DNA from: Phycisphaerae bacterium
Lineage (GTDB): Bacteria > Planctomycetota > Phycisphaerae > UBA1845 > Fen-1342
Assembly: GCA_050115495.1 (NCBI GenBank)
Contig: JASFQK010000002.1
Span: forward strand, 64,001 to 128,000
Direction of reading: 5' to 3'
DNA length: 64,000 bases
In this document: in pieces, positions 9,422-19,700 of the stretch
Position numbering within the stretch: the first letter of the stretch is position 1
How the letters are laid out: each line of letters starts with the position of its first letter
Position numbers and translations under genes: made by a program
The notes under the pieces: generated by a model
Seen by the model: the letters and a program-made list of their open reading frames with translations, nothing else
Database searches by the model: none
What the model was told of the DNA's origin: nothing

Positions 9422-12400
9422 GTGCGAGTGGTGCGGTCTGAATTCGTATCTGCGGGTCTGGTCGTCGCGGCGCGGTCCAACGCCGGCCGCCAACGGTTCG
9501 TGCTGCGGGCGGCCGTGGCTGCGGCCATGCTCCTGCTGACCGCCAACTGGGTCCAAGCTCAGTCCGACCTCGAAGAGCCGCTCCTGCCCGCCGAGATTTC
9601 CTCCAACGACGTCGAGCTCCGCGGCCGCTACGCCCGCCAGTGGAAGGAAGCGGACGGCACGCTCGTTGTCATGCTCACCGGCGGCTTCCAGCTCGACATG
9701 GGTCTGCGGCACTTCACGGCCAACGCCGGCGTCGTCTGGATCGTCCCCAGTCTCGACGAGGCCGCCGGCCGCAAGTACTACGCCCTCACCGTCTACCTCA
9801 GCGAACAGGCCCAGGTGCAGGAGTTCGGCGGCACGACCATCGAGGACAACGTCCTGCTGGTCAGCAACCTGCGCACGTACGGCCGCGTCATCAAGTATCA
9901 CGATGCTCACGCGCTCGAAGGCGGTGAGCAATCGCCGCTGTATCAGCAGGCGCTGCGGCATCGGACAGAGATCGAATCCGGCGTCCGCCCGGCGACGAGC
10001 CGGCCGGCACAACCGGTCGAAGTGACGCATCCGGGCGAGACACGGGCGTTGATCGAGGAAGATCGCCCGCCGCGGATCATTCGCTACGAGCTGCCGAACG
10101 TGGATCCGGCGGAGACGCCCGCGGGCATGCGGGTCTTCGTGGCGCGGGCTGACGGATCGCGGCGCGTGTACTTCTCGCGCGACGGCGGGCCGGACGCCCC
10201 GATGCTCGAAATCCAGGCGGACAACGCCGTCGTGTTCCCCGGTGAAGGGCTGACACGCCGCACGCCGAAAGAGACGCCGGCGACGGAGCCGGCCGCCGAG
10301 GAGCCCGCCGCCGGCGAAGCTGCCGTCGAGCCGGTTCAGCCTCCTGCCGATGCGGCGGAACAGGAGCCGGGGGAGCGCTCGCTGCTGCCGAGCGGCTTGG
10401 TGGAGAACGTTCGCGGCGTTTACCTCGAAGGCGACGTGGTGCTGTCGCTGGGCACGAGCTTCGTGCGGGCCAGCCGGCTCTATTACGACTTCGAGCACGA
10501 CCGGGCGATGATCCTCGACGCCGTCTTCCGCGCGGACGTCCCCGGCCGACAGATTCCGCTGTACATCCGTGCCGACGAGATCCGCCAGCTTTCGGCCACC
10601 GAGTTCACCGCGGAGAACGCGCGGGTGACCACCAGCGAGTTCTACGCTCCGCACTATCACATCGGTGCCGAGCGCGTCGTGCTGCGTGATCTGACCGATC
10701 GCGATGCGACGGGGCAGGCCGTGGGCACGGCGACCGGCGAGTACGAACTGCACGACGCGACGGCCAACGTCGAGGGTCTGCCGCTGCTGTGGTGGCCGTA
10801 CACCCGTGGCCGGGTCGAGGCCAGCGAGACCAGCCTGCGCAGCTTCCGTACCGGCTACAGCGGTGATCGCGGCGTCGAGCTCGAAACCCGCTGGCACCTG
10901 CTGAACATGCTCGGCATCCTGGAGCCCGAGGGCTACGACACGACGTGGCGACTCGACTACTTCTCCGAGCGCGGACCGGCGACGGGCGTCGACGTCGATT
11001 ACGCCCGTGACGACTACTTCGGCCTGTGGCGCTCCTACTACATCCACGACGACGGCGAGGACGACCTCGGCCCGCTCCGTCGTAACCAGGAAGAGCCCGA
11101 CAACGACGACCGCGGCCGGCTTCTCTGGCGGCATCGGCACTTCCTGCCGAACGACTGGGAGGCGACGTTCGAGATCGCCTACCTCAGCGACAAGAACTTC
11201 CTCGAAGAGTACGAGCGCTCCGAATTCAACGAGAGCAAGGAGCAGGAGACGCTCATCCAGTTCAAGCGGGCCGGCGAGGTCGACGCCGTGACGCTGCTGG
11301 CCAACTGGCGGCTGCTCGACTTCCTCACGCAGACCGAGCACCTGCCCGAATTGGCGTACCGCCGAATCGGCGACACGTTCCTCTCGCCGCTCGTGCTGTA
11401 CCACGAGTCGCGGATCGGGGCGGTGCGGTATCGGCCGGCGGGGCTCGATTTCGAGGATCTGCCGCTGTGGCTGTACGAGCACAAGTACACGGGGCTGCCG
11501 GGCCGGCGTGGCGGCGCGACGGACACGACCTTCCGCGTGGATGCGCGGCAGGAAGTCGAGCTGCCGCTACGGCTGGGGCCGGTGAACCTGGTGCCGTTCG
11601 CGTCGTTCCGCGGTACGTACTGGGACGGCAGCCGCATGCGGGACGGCGGCCTGTGGCGCGGACTGGGTGTGTACGGCATGCGCGGCGGGACGGTGTTCAG
11701 CCGCGTGTACGACGACATCGAGTCGGCGTTGCTGGACATCCACCGCATCCGCCACATCATCCGCCCCGAGTTCGTGGCCTGGTTCGGGCACAGCAACACG
11801 CGCAGCGAGCTCATCTCGCCGTTTGACTACGGCATCGAGACCATCGACGGTTTCTACGGGGCCAGCGCTGCCCTGCGGCAGACGTGGCAGACGCAGCGCG
11901 GCGGGCCGGACCATTGGCGCACCGTCGATCTGCTCACCCTCAATCTCGAAGCCGGCTTCTTCGGCAACACCGACGGCCGCGACGAGGAGTCGAACGGCTG
12001 GGTCAATCCGCTGCGACCCGAAAACAGCCGCGCTCGCAACTACCTCGGCGGCGACGTGACCTGGCGTCTAAGCGATACGACCAACCTGCTGTACGAGTTC
12101 AACGTCGACACGGACGACTGGAGCCTCGATCGGCAGAACGTGTCGCTGGCGGTGGAGCGCCTGCCCCGGCTGGCGTACGTCCTTGGCTATCGCCACGCCG
12201 GCGACATCGACCTGGACCTGATCGGCGGCGGCTGGAACTACAAGCTGACCGAGAAGCACATCACGACCGTGCGCACCTGGTTCGACGTGGACCGCGGCGA
12301 CATCGGCGAAATCTCGTTCGGCTACGTCCGCAAGCTCCCGCGCTGGTACGTGGCGGTCAGCGTCGAGTACGACCGCATCGACGACGACATCACCGTTTCG

Positions 12401-12490
12401 TTGTCGGTCTGGCCGGAGGGGATTCCCGAGTGGACGGTCGGCTCGCGGCGGTTCACCGGCCTGGGCACGACGACCGGCATTCGTCCGTAG
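9422..12490 (+). CDS. lptD: LPS-assembly outer-membrane protein, LptD-like (true start may be the ATG at 9527)
   Basis: Signal peptide; VYLEGDVV, RLYYDF, ENARVTTSEF..PHY and YLSDKNFLEEY motifs; amphipathic beta-strand C-terminal half. Confidence 0.75.
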   Translation: MRVVRSEFVSAGLVVAARSNAGRQRFVLRAAVAAAMLLLTANWVQAQSDLEEPLLPAEISSNDVELRGRYARQWKEADGTLVVMLTGGFQLDMGLRHFTANAGVVWIVPSLDEAAGRKYYALTVYLSEQAQVQEFGGTTIEDNVLLVSNLRTYGRVIKYHDAHALEGGEQSPLYQQALRHRTEIESGVRPATSRPAQPVEVTHPGETRALIEEDRPPRIIRYELPNVDPAETPAGMRVFVARADGSRRVYFSRDGGPDAPMLEIQADNAVVFPGEGLTRRTPKETPATEPAAEEPAAGEAAVEPVQPPADAAEQEPGERSLLPSGLVENVRGVYLEGDVVLSLGTSFVRASRLYYDFEHDRAMILDAVFRADVPGRQIPLYIRADEIRQLSATEFTAENARVTTSEFYAPHYHIGAERVVLRDLTDRDATGQAVGTATGEYELHDATANVEGLPLLWWPYTRGRVEASETSLRSFRTGYSGDRGVELETRWHLLNMLGILEPEGYDTTWRLDYFSERGPATGVDVDYARDDYFGLWRSYYIHDDGEDDLGPLRRNQEEPDNDDRGRLLWRHRHFLPNDWEATFEIAYLSDKNFLEEYERSEFNESKEQETLIQFKRAGEVDAVTLLANWRLLDFLTQTEHLPELAYRRIGDTFLSPLVLYHESRIGAVRYRPAGLDFEDLPLWLYEHKYTGLPGRRGGATDTTFRVDARQEVELPLRLGPVNLVPFASFRGTYWDGSRMRDGGLWRGLGVYGMRGGTVFSRVYDDIESALLDIHRIRHIIRPEFVAWFGHSNTRSELISPFDYGIETIDGFYGASAALRQTWQTQRGGPDHWRTVDLLTLNLEAGFFGNTDGRDEESNGWVNPLRPENSRARNYLGGDVTWRLSDTTNLLYEFNVDTDDWSLDRQNVSLAVERLPRLAYVLGYRHAGDIDLDLIGGGWNYKLTEKHITTVRTWFDVDRGDIGEISFGYVRKLPRWYVAVSVEYDRIDDDITVSLSVWPEGIPEWTVGSRRFTGLGTTTGIRP

Positions 12491-12512
12491 CGGCCCTGCG
12501 TCCGGCGGGAAT

Positions 12513-12541
12513 GTAGCGCCGGCCCCCCGTGGCCGACGTCG
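12513..12541 (+). repeat. GTAG-type REP element, family B
   Basis: GTAGCGCCGGCCCCCCGTGGCCGACGTCG; near-identical copies at 38476 and 63075; degenerate copy at 12633-12660. Confidence 0.8.
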
Positions 12542-12701
12542 CATGCCGAACGACGTCCGACTCGCAACGTGGCAACCGATTTCCGCGTCGGCTGTCAGGG
12601 TCGCGTGTGCATCGCACCGGTGGACAAGCACCGCAGCGTCGGTCCCTGCGGCCACCGTCGCTTTCTCGGAGGTCGTGGAAACCAGGGGATACCCGATCAC
12701 C

Positions 12702-13664
12702 ATGGATGACACCGCTCCGGAAACGTCTGGCCAGCGCCCTCCGCTGCTGATCACGCGCGTGCCGCCGCCGGCGCCGCAGTCGCTAATTGGCCAGTTGGCG
12801 ACGCTGCTGGTCGTGGTAGTGGTCGTGAGTGCGGTACCCGTTTTGGTGTTGACGCTCGTGATGGGCCCACAATGGTTGATCGCGCTGGCCGTGGTGAACG
12901 GGCTGGTTGTGTTCGCCATCGTGACCTGGGCTTGGACCCGGGCGAGAGCACGCGTTGAGGCGCAACGCGCAGCGCATGCGGCGCAGTTCCCGGACTGGGC
13001 CGCCGACCCCCTCGCGCAGAAGCTGGCGTCGCAATGGCGGCCGCGCAAGATACCGGACATCAAGACCGTGCGGGCCGCCCTGGACGAGGTGCCGCCCCTG
13101 GAGCCGCCTCGCCCGCGGATCATCTGTCTGGGGGCCGTGGAGATCCCGGAGGTTGGTGACCATCGTTTCGAGCCCGTCATCATCACACCGACGCGGTTCG
13201 TGGGTCGGCGGCTCTGGCTGGTGGTGGCGGCCGTGATGATTGTGGCGGTCTGGCTGGCGGAGGTCATTCACATCCTCCCCCGTTACCCCGGCGTGAACCT
13301 CGGTTCGTTCAGCTACTTCCTGTTTGCCGGCGGCGTGGTCGCGGCTACCTGGGTTTGGCGGACGATGATTCGGCCCACGTACGTCCGTCTGGCCCCCGGC
13401 GTCGTGCAGATCGTGCGCTTCCCGTTCGGCAAGGGAAAGCCGAACATCCGCAGCTATCCCATGGACGCGGAGGCGGTGGTGCTTGTCGTGCAAGCGCCGG
13501 TTGCCCGGGTCCCGGCGGTAATGACCCTGGCCCGCGGCGACCGGCACGACAACCTTCCCGTCTGGCAGATGAGTGGCCGGGCGGGACTGATGGAGCAGCT
13601 CTGGCAGGCGCTGCTCTCCACCGCGCCCACGCCGCCGCTGAGTGAGGAAGAACTGCTCGGCTGA
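12702..13664 (+). CDS. Membrane protein of unknown function, tandem paralog 1 of 4
   Basis: Shares QR.P.LITRVP, RFEP.IITPT, IRPTY.RLAPG and LWQALLSTAPTPPLS.E.LLG with the three downstream ORFs; start placed by alignment. Confidence 0.85.
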   Translation: MDDTAPETSGQRPPLLITRVPPPAPQSLIGQLATLLVVVVVVSAVPVLVLTLVMGPQWLIALAVVNGLVVFAIVTWAWTRARARVEAQRAAHAAQFPDWAADPLAQKLASQWRPRKIPDIKTVRAALDEVPPLEPPRPRIICLGAVEIPEVGDHRFEPVIITPTRFVGRRLWLVVAAVMIVAVWLAEVIHILPRYPGVNLGSFSYFLFAGGVVAATWVWRTMIRPTYVRLAPGVVQIVRFPFGKGKPNIRSYPMDAEAVVLVVQAPVARVPAVMTLARGDRHDNLPVWQMSGRAGLMEQLWQALLSTAPTPPLSEEELLG

Positions 13665-13685
13665 TGGAGACAGGGGTTTACCGGC

Positions 13686-14660
13686 ATGGCAGATCCCGAT
13701 CGAGAACCACCCGGCCAGCGCCTTCCGCCGCTGATTACGCAGGTGCCGGTGCCGGAGCCGCGGGCGGTACGCCGTTGGCCGTTGTGGCTGGCTGTGATCC
13801 TGATGCTGCTCGGGCTTGCGGCGGCATTCGGCCCGGGACCGACGTGGGGCGGTACGTGGCTTGTGCCGACGGGGCACGTCCTGATGGGTCTGGCGGGCAC
13901 GGCATGTCTGTTGTGGTTCTTCGCCGCCAAGCGATGGTCGCGCATCGCCCAGGCGTGCGCGGCGCAGTTGGCGCAGTTGCCCGAGTGGGAGGCGGATCCG
14001 CTGGCGCGCGCATTGCGATCGGGATGGAAACGACCGGACAAACCGCCCGGCGCTGACGCCGTGCAGGCCGCCATCGGCCAGGTGTCGTCACCGGACGCGC
14101 CGCGCGCGCGGATTATCTGCCTGGGCGTGATGGAGGTTCCTGAGGTCGGCGAACTGCGCTTCGAGCCGCGATTCATCACTCCGACGCAGTACGTGGGTCG
14201 CCGGCTCTGGCTGACTGTGATCGCCATCGCGCTCCTTGCGCTGTGGGCGGCTCGCCGAGCACGGTTGCTTCCTGCCTTCTTCGGATTGTTCAAGATGTCC
14301 TCCTTCCTGTACTTCTTCATTGCGGGCGGAGCAGTTGCGGCCGCGTGGATCTGGCGAACGGCCATTCGCCCCACGTACGTCCGCCTGGCCCCCGGCATTG
14401 TGCAGGTCGTGCGCTTCCCCTTCGGCAAGGGAAAGCCGAAGATTGACAGCTACCCCATGAGCCCGGGGACGTTGGTCATCGTGCATCGGTTGCCGGGGAT
14501 CCGGGGGCCGCGGACGATCACGCTGCTCCGCGGCGAGCAGCACGACGACCTTCCCATTTGGCAGATGGGCGGTCGGGCGGAGCTGATGGAGCGTTTCTGG
14601 CAGGCGCTGCTCTCCACCGCGCCCACGCCGCCGCTGAGTGATGAGGACCTGCTCGGCTGA
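13686..14660 (+). CDS. Membrane protein of unknown function, tandem paralog 2 of 4
   Basis: Same conserved blocks; two pairs of hydrophobic helices. Confidence 0.85.
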   Translation: MADPDREPPGQRLPPLITQVPVPEPRAVRRWPLWLAVILMLLGLAAAFGPGPTWGGTWLVPTGHVLMGLAGTACLLWFFAAKRWSRIAQACAAQLAQLPEWEADPLARALRSGWKRPDKPPGADAVQAAIGQVSSPDAPRARIICLGVMEVPEVGELRFEPRFITPTQYVGRRLWLTVIAIALLALWAARRARLLPAFFGLFKMSSFLYFFIAGGAVAAAWIWRTAIRPTYVRLAPGIVQVVRFPFGKGKPKIDSYPMSPGTLVIVHRLPGIRGPRTITLLRGEQHDDLPIWQMGGRAELMERFWQALLSTAPTPPLSDEDLLG

Positions 14661-14680
14661 TGGAGGAGGGGTTCGCCAGC

Positions 14681-15643
14681 ATGAGGGATGCGGCTCAAGA
14701 GATACCCGACCAGCGCCTTCCGCCGTTGATCACGCGCGTGCCGGCGCCGGAGCCGGCGCCGGATCAGGGCTGGCCCATCGGAACTGCTATCGTGTTGGCG
14801 TTTCTGGCGGTGTTCCTGCTTTTCGTCGGGGGATCATGGTTCACACTGGCGGGCGGCGTTCTGCTCGGGGCGGTCGTGTTGTCCGGCCTCGTCGCGTGGT
14901 TTCTGGCCGGGCAGATGCGGATCGCGGCTGTGGAGCGGGCGGCACACGTGGCGCGGTTTCCCGAATGGGAAGCGGACACGCTGGCCAAGACGCTCTCGGC
15001 GCTGTGGAGCCCGCCGTATTCGTTGCTCGACGCCAAGATCGCTCTGCTGGCTATCGGCAGTGCGCCGGACCCGGATCCACCGCGAGCCCACCTCGTCTGC
15101 ATCGGTGCGGTCGACTTGCCGGAGATCGGCGACTATCGCTTCGAACCACTGGTTATCACGCCGACACGATTCCTGGGACGGCAGCTCTGGCTGGCGGCTC
15201 TCGTGTTGTTGATCGTCGCGTTCTCGGCGGCGCGTGCCCTGTATTCTGCATTCTTCACCGGCGGAGACACTGTGGCACCGATCTTCATGCTCTTGTGCGC
15301 CGCCGCCACGCTCCCAGCCGCCTGGGTCTGGCGGTCGGCGATCCGACCCACGTACATCCGCCTGGCGCCCGGCATAGTGCAGATCGTCGCCTTCCCGTTC
15401 GGCCGGGGAAAGCCGAACATTCGCAGCTACCCCATGAGCGCGGGGACCGTCGTGCTCGTGCAGCGGCTGCCGGGCAAGCGGGCGTGCCTGCCAAGGGTGA
15501 TCACCCTCGCCCGCGACGGGCAGCGGGATGACCTTCCGCTCCACCAGATGCACGGCCGGGCGGAGGTGACGGAGCGCCTTTGGCAGGCGCTGCTTTCGAC
15601 TGCGCCAACGCCGCCGCTAAGTGACGAGGAACTACTCGGCTGA
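14681..15643 (+). CDS. Membrane protein of unknown function, tandem paralog 3 of 4
   Basis: Same conserved blocks; the ATG at 14681 has a GGAGG SD and the same 20-nt spacing as the other junctions. Confidence 0.85.
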   Translation: MRDAAQEIPDQRLPPLITRVPAPEPAPDQGWPIGTAIVLAFLAVFLLFVGGSWFTLAGGVLLGAVVLSGLVAWFLAGQMRIAAVERAAHVARFPEWEADTLAKTLSALWSPPYSLLDAKIALLAIGSAPDPDPPRAHLVCIGAVDLPEIGDYRFEPLVITPTRFLGRQLWLAALVLLIVAFSAARALYSAFFTGGDTVAPIFMLLCAAATLPAAWVWRSAIRPTYIRLAPGIVQIVAFPFGRGKPNIRSYPMSAGTVVLVQRLPGKRACLPRVITLARDGQRDDLPLHQMHGRAEVTERLWQALLSTAPTPPLSDEELLG

Positions 15644-15663
15644 GGATTGCAGGATTCGTCCGT

Positions 15664-16641
15664 ATGGCAGACCCGATCCAGGAAACGCTCGGCCAGCGCC
15701 TTCCGCCGTTGATCACGCGCGTGCCGCCGCCGGGTCCGCCGCCGGCGAAGAGGGGCCCCGTCGGGACGGCCGCAGTGCTGGCGCTCCTGGCGGTGCTTTT
15801 CCTTGTCATCGGGGGATCGGATTGGCCGGAGAAGTGGTTCACGCTGTCGGGCAAGATTCTGCTGGGGACGGTGGTGTTGTCCGGCCTCGTCGCGTGGTTC
15901 CAAGACCGGCAGATGCAGCGCGCGGGTCTAGAGCGAGCAGCGCACGCGGCGCAGTTCGCTGAATGGGAGGCGGACCCGCTTGCCAGAACGCTCTCGGCGC
16001 TGTGGAGTCCGCCGCACGCGTTGCTCCACGTCAAGACCGCGCTGATGGCCATCGGTGGCGCGCCGGAAGCGGATCCGCCGCGGGCTCGCCTTGTTTGCAT
16101 CGGTGGGGTCGACTTGCCGGAGATCGGCGACTATCGCTTCGAGCCGGTGATCATCACGCCGACGCGGTTTCTGGGGCGACAGCTCTGGCTGGCGGGGCTG
16201 GCGTCGCTGGTCTTCGCGTTCCCGGCGGGGCGTGCCGCGTACTCCGCTTTCTCCAGTGGCGGAGACCCTGTGGGACCGCTCTTCATGTTCTTGTGCGCCG
16301 CTGCTACGCTCCCAGCCGCCTGGGTCTGGCGGTCGGCGATTCGACCCACGTACATTCGCCTGGCCCCTGGCATGGTGCAAATCGTCACGTTCCCGTTTGG
16401 CCGGGGGAAGCCGAATATTCGCAGTTACCCCATGAGCGCGGGGACCGTCGTGCTCGTGCAGCGGCTGCCGGGTGCGCGGGCACGCCTGCCGCGGGTGATC
16501 ACCCTCGCCCGCGACGGGCAGCGCGACGACCTGCCCCTCTGGCAGATGAGCGGCCGGGCGGAACTAACGGAGCGCCTTTGGCAGGCCCTCCTCTCCACCG
16601 CACCCACGCCGCCGTTGAGCGATGAGGAGCTGCTCGGCTGA
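15664..16641 (+). CDS. Membrane protein of unknown function, tandem paralog 4 of 4
   Basis: Same conserved blocks; most similar to paralog 3. Confidence 0.85.
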   Translation: MADPIQETLGQRLPPLITRVPPPGPPPAKRGPVGTAAVLALLAVLFLVIGGSDWPEKWFTLSGKILLGTVVLSGLVAWFQDRQMQRAGLERAAHAAQFAEWEADPLARTLSALWSPPHALLHVKTALMAIGGAPEADPPRARLVCIGGVDLPEIGDYRFEPVIITPTRFLGRQLWLAGLASLVFAFPAGRAAYSAFSSGGDPVGPLFMFLCAAATLPAAWVWRSAIRPTYIRLAPGMVQIVTFPFGRGKPNIRSYPMSAGTVVLVQRLPGARARLPRVITLARDGQRDDLPLWQMSGRAELTERLWQALLSTAPTPPLSDEELLG

Positions 16642-16705
16642 CTGCTTCGGCGGGCTGGGTTATCGGACAGCCAGCCTTAATTAACAGTGGTGGGCGCGGG
16701 TGGAA

Positions 16706-16733
16706 TCCAGCTTGCTCTAAACCACACCGATAG
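16706..16733 (+). promoter_or_regulatory. Possible sigma28 (FliA) promoter of fliD
   Basis: TCCAG-N15-ACCGATAG resembles TAAA-N15-GCCGATAA; the -35 match is weak. Confidence 0.3.
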
Positions 16734-16795
16734 TCGGACCAGACAACGGCTCACCGTGCGCCGCCGCCCGCGACGCACGCCCCAGGAGGATTGCC

Positions 16796-19700
16796 GTGGG
16801 CACGATTACGACCGGTGTAGGGCTGTATTCGGGGCTGGACTATGCCAGCCTGGTGGACCAGCTCATCGCCCTGGACGCCGCGCCGCGCGACCAGATCGTC
16901 ACGCGGATCAGCAATATCGACGCGCAAAGATCGGCGTACATGGACATTTCTGCGCGTATCTCGGCCGTCCTGGCGCGCATCAAAACGCTGACCAAGCCGA
17001 GTTTCTTCCGCACGAACGTGGCCAGCTCGTCGAACTCGGCCGTGATGTCGGCGACCGCCGGCGAGGGGGCCGAGGCGGGCTCGTACAGCTTCGTCGTTCG
17101 CTCGCTGGCCACCCGGCACCAGTTGCTGAGCCGGGGCTTCTCCAGCCCCACGGCGTCGGTGCCCGCCGGCACGTTCACCATCGAATCCTCGCAGGCCCGC
17201 GTGAACCAGGAGACCACGCTCGACGAGCTGAACGGCTACACGGGCGTGCAGCGCGGTTCGCTGCGCATCATCGACGGCGAGGGCAACGAGGCGGTCATCA
17301 GCATCGGCGATGCCCGCACGCTCGACGACGTGCTCGACCGCATCAACGCCGCCGACATCGACGTCACCGCCGAGCTGCGCGGCGAGGGCATCGTCTTGCA
17401 GGACACGAGCGGCGGCTCCGGCGGTATCCGCGTCCGCGAGGTGGACGGCGGGCACACCGCCGCCGACCTCGGCTTCGGCGCCGGCCACACCTTCGACGCC
17501 GGCGGCGAACTCACTGGCAGCGACGTGCTCTTCCTCTCCGAAACCACGCCGCTCGACGCCCTCAACGACGGGCTGGGCATTCGGCGGGCGGCCGCCGGCA
17601 CCGACTTCACGATTCAATCGAGCACGCCCGGCGTGCAGGTCAAAGTCGAGCTCAGCGAGATTCTCAAGGGCTCGACCAAGCTGGCCCGTCTGAACCACGG
17701 CGCCGGCGTCGAGCTCGGCTCGATCCGCATCACCGCGCGAAACGGCGTCACCACCGAGGTCGATCTCAGCGAAGCGGAGACGGTGCAGGACATCAAGGAC
17801 ACGATTGAAGGGGCCGTCTCCGGCGTGTCGCTGGTCATGGCCGGCGATCACCTCGTGCTCAGCGATACCAGCGGGGCGACCGACAGCGATCTCGTCGTGC
17901 AGGACGCCTCCGGGCACGCCGCCCGCGACCTCGGTATTCTGGGCACCGCCACCAGCACGAAGATCACCGGCCGCCAGATTCTCCACGTGGACACGATGGC
18001 CGACGTCATCGCCGCGATCAACTACGGCGAAGGCAACGTCACCGACGAGGGCGGCACGCCCGTCATCGAGGCTTTCCTCGACTCGCAGACGCACCGCCTG
18101 ACCATCCGGGACAACGGCGGCGGCACGTTCCCCGAGACGATCATCCAGGCCGGCGAGAGCTCGCAGGCCCTCTACGATCTCGGCTTCGAGCCGGGCGAGT
18201 ACGACGCCACGGGCAACGGCCTGGCCAGCAAACGCGTCATGGGCGGCATCAACACGACCATGTTGAAGACGCTGAACGGCGGCAACGGCTTCACCGGCGG
18301 TACGATTCACATCGCCGCCAACGGCGCCGCCGCCGACGTGGACCTGAGCGGCGCCGAGACGCTGCGTGACGTCATCGACCGAATCAACGAGGCGTCGGCC
18401 ACGCACGGTCTCGGCATCGAGGCCCTGGCCGACTCCGCCGGCACGCGCCTGGTGATCAACAGCACGACTGACGATCCCGGCACGATCACCATCAGCGACG
18501 TCGACGGTGACTTCGCCGAGGCGACCGGCCTGGCCGGCAGCGCCGAGCACCTGCGCAGCGCCAACCTTCAGCGCCAGTACATGAACGAGAATACGCTGCT
18601 GGACGACCTGAACGGCGGCGACGGCGTCACCCTCGGCAAGATGCGGATCACCAACTCAAACGGCGCCGTCAGCGTCATCAACCTGGCCACCGACGGGGCC
18701 GAGACACTCGGCGATGTGATCGACGCCATCAACGCCCTCAACGGCGTCGAGGCTCGCATCAACGACACCGGCGACGGCCTGGTGATTATCGACACCGCCG
18801 GCGGCACCGGGAAACTCACCATCGAGGAGGACGGCAGCTCGACCGCCGCCGACCTCAACCTGCTCGGCACGGCAGACGAGGACCGCCTCGACGGCTCCTT
18901 CGAGTTCGAGATCACCAGCCACGGCGGCGAGACGCTCAGCGACCTGGTCAGCCAGATCAACGGCACCACGCTGGCCAAGGCCAGCCTGATCAACGACGGC
19001 TCGGCCGTCGCCCCGTACCGGCTGAGCATCACCTCGCGGATGACCGGGCGGGTCGGTGAGCTGATCCTCGACGGTGGCGACACGGACTTCGACTTCGCCA
19101 CGATGACCCGCGCCCAGGATGCCAGCGTCGTGCTCGGCGACTCGGTCAACGGCGGCGTGCTGGTGACCAGCTCGAACAACACGCTGACCGACGTGGTGCC
19201 CGGGCTGACGCTGAACCTGACGGCCGTGGACGACGAGCCGGTCACCATCACCGTGGACCGTGACCTGAGCACGCTGACCACGACGCTGGCCGGGATGGTC
19301 GAGTCGTACAACAGCCTGATGGACCGGATCGACGAACTGAGCGGCTACAACGCCGAAACGGAAGAGGCGGGCATCCTGCTGGGCGACGGGACGCTGCAAT
19401 TGGTCGAAACCCGGCTGATGCGTTCCTTCAACGGCAGCGTGTCCGGCGCCGGCAGCCTCATCACGCGGCTATCGCAGGTCGGCGTGAAGCTCAGCGAGGG
19501 GCAACTGACCTTCGACGAGACGAAGTTTCTCGAAGCCTACAATGAGGATCCGGAAGACGTTATTCGCTTTTTCACCGCAGAGGATAACGGCCTGGCGGTG
19601 AAGCTCGAGGATCAACTGGAGTACATGACCGAGAGCCAGGGCCTGCTCGACCGGCGGGACAGTGCCCTCGAATCGCAGCGCGAGATGCTCAGCACACGCG

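Noticed and set aside
9304..9546. Long N-terminal extensions given by the ORF track for purF (also tyrS, asnS, the ROK gene, the enolase-family gene and the second GT)
   Set aside because: Family motifs and SD or overlap signals support downstream starts; the extensions overlap neighbouring genes.
12702..16641. Paralog array as a diversity-generating retroelement or shufflon
   Set aside because: No reverse transcriptase or recombinase in the window, all copies are complete and co-directional, and the differences are not adenine-specific.
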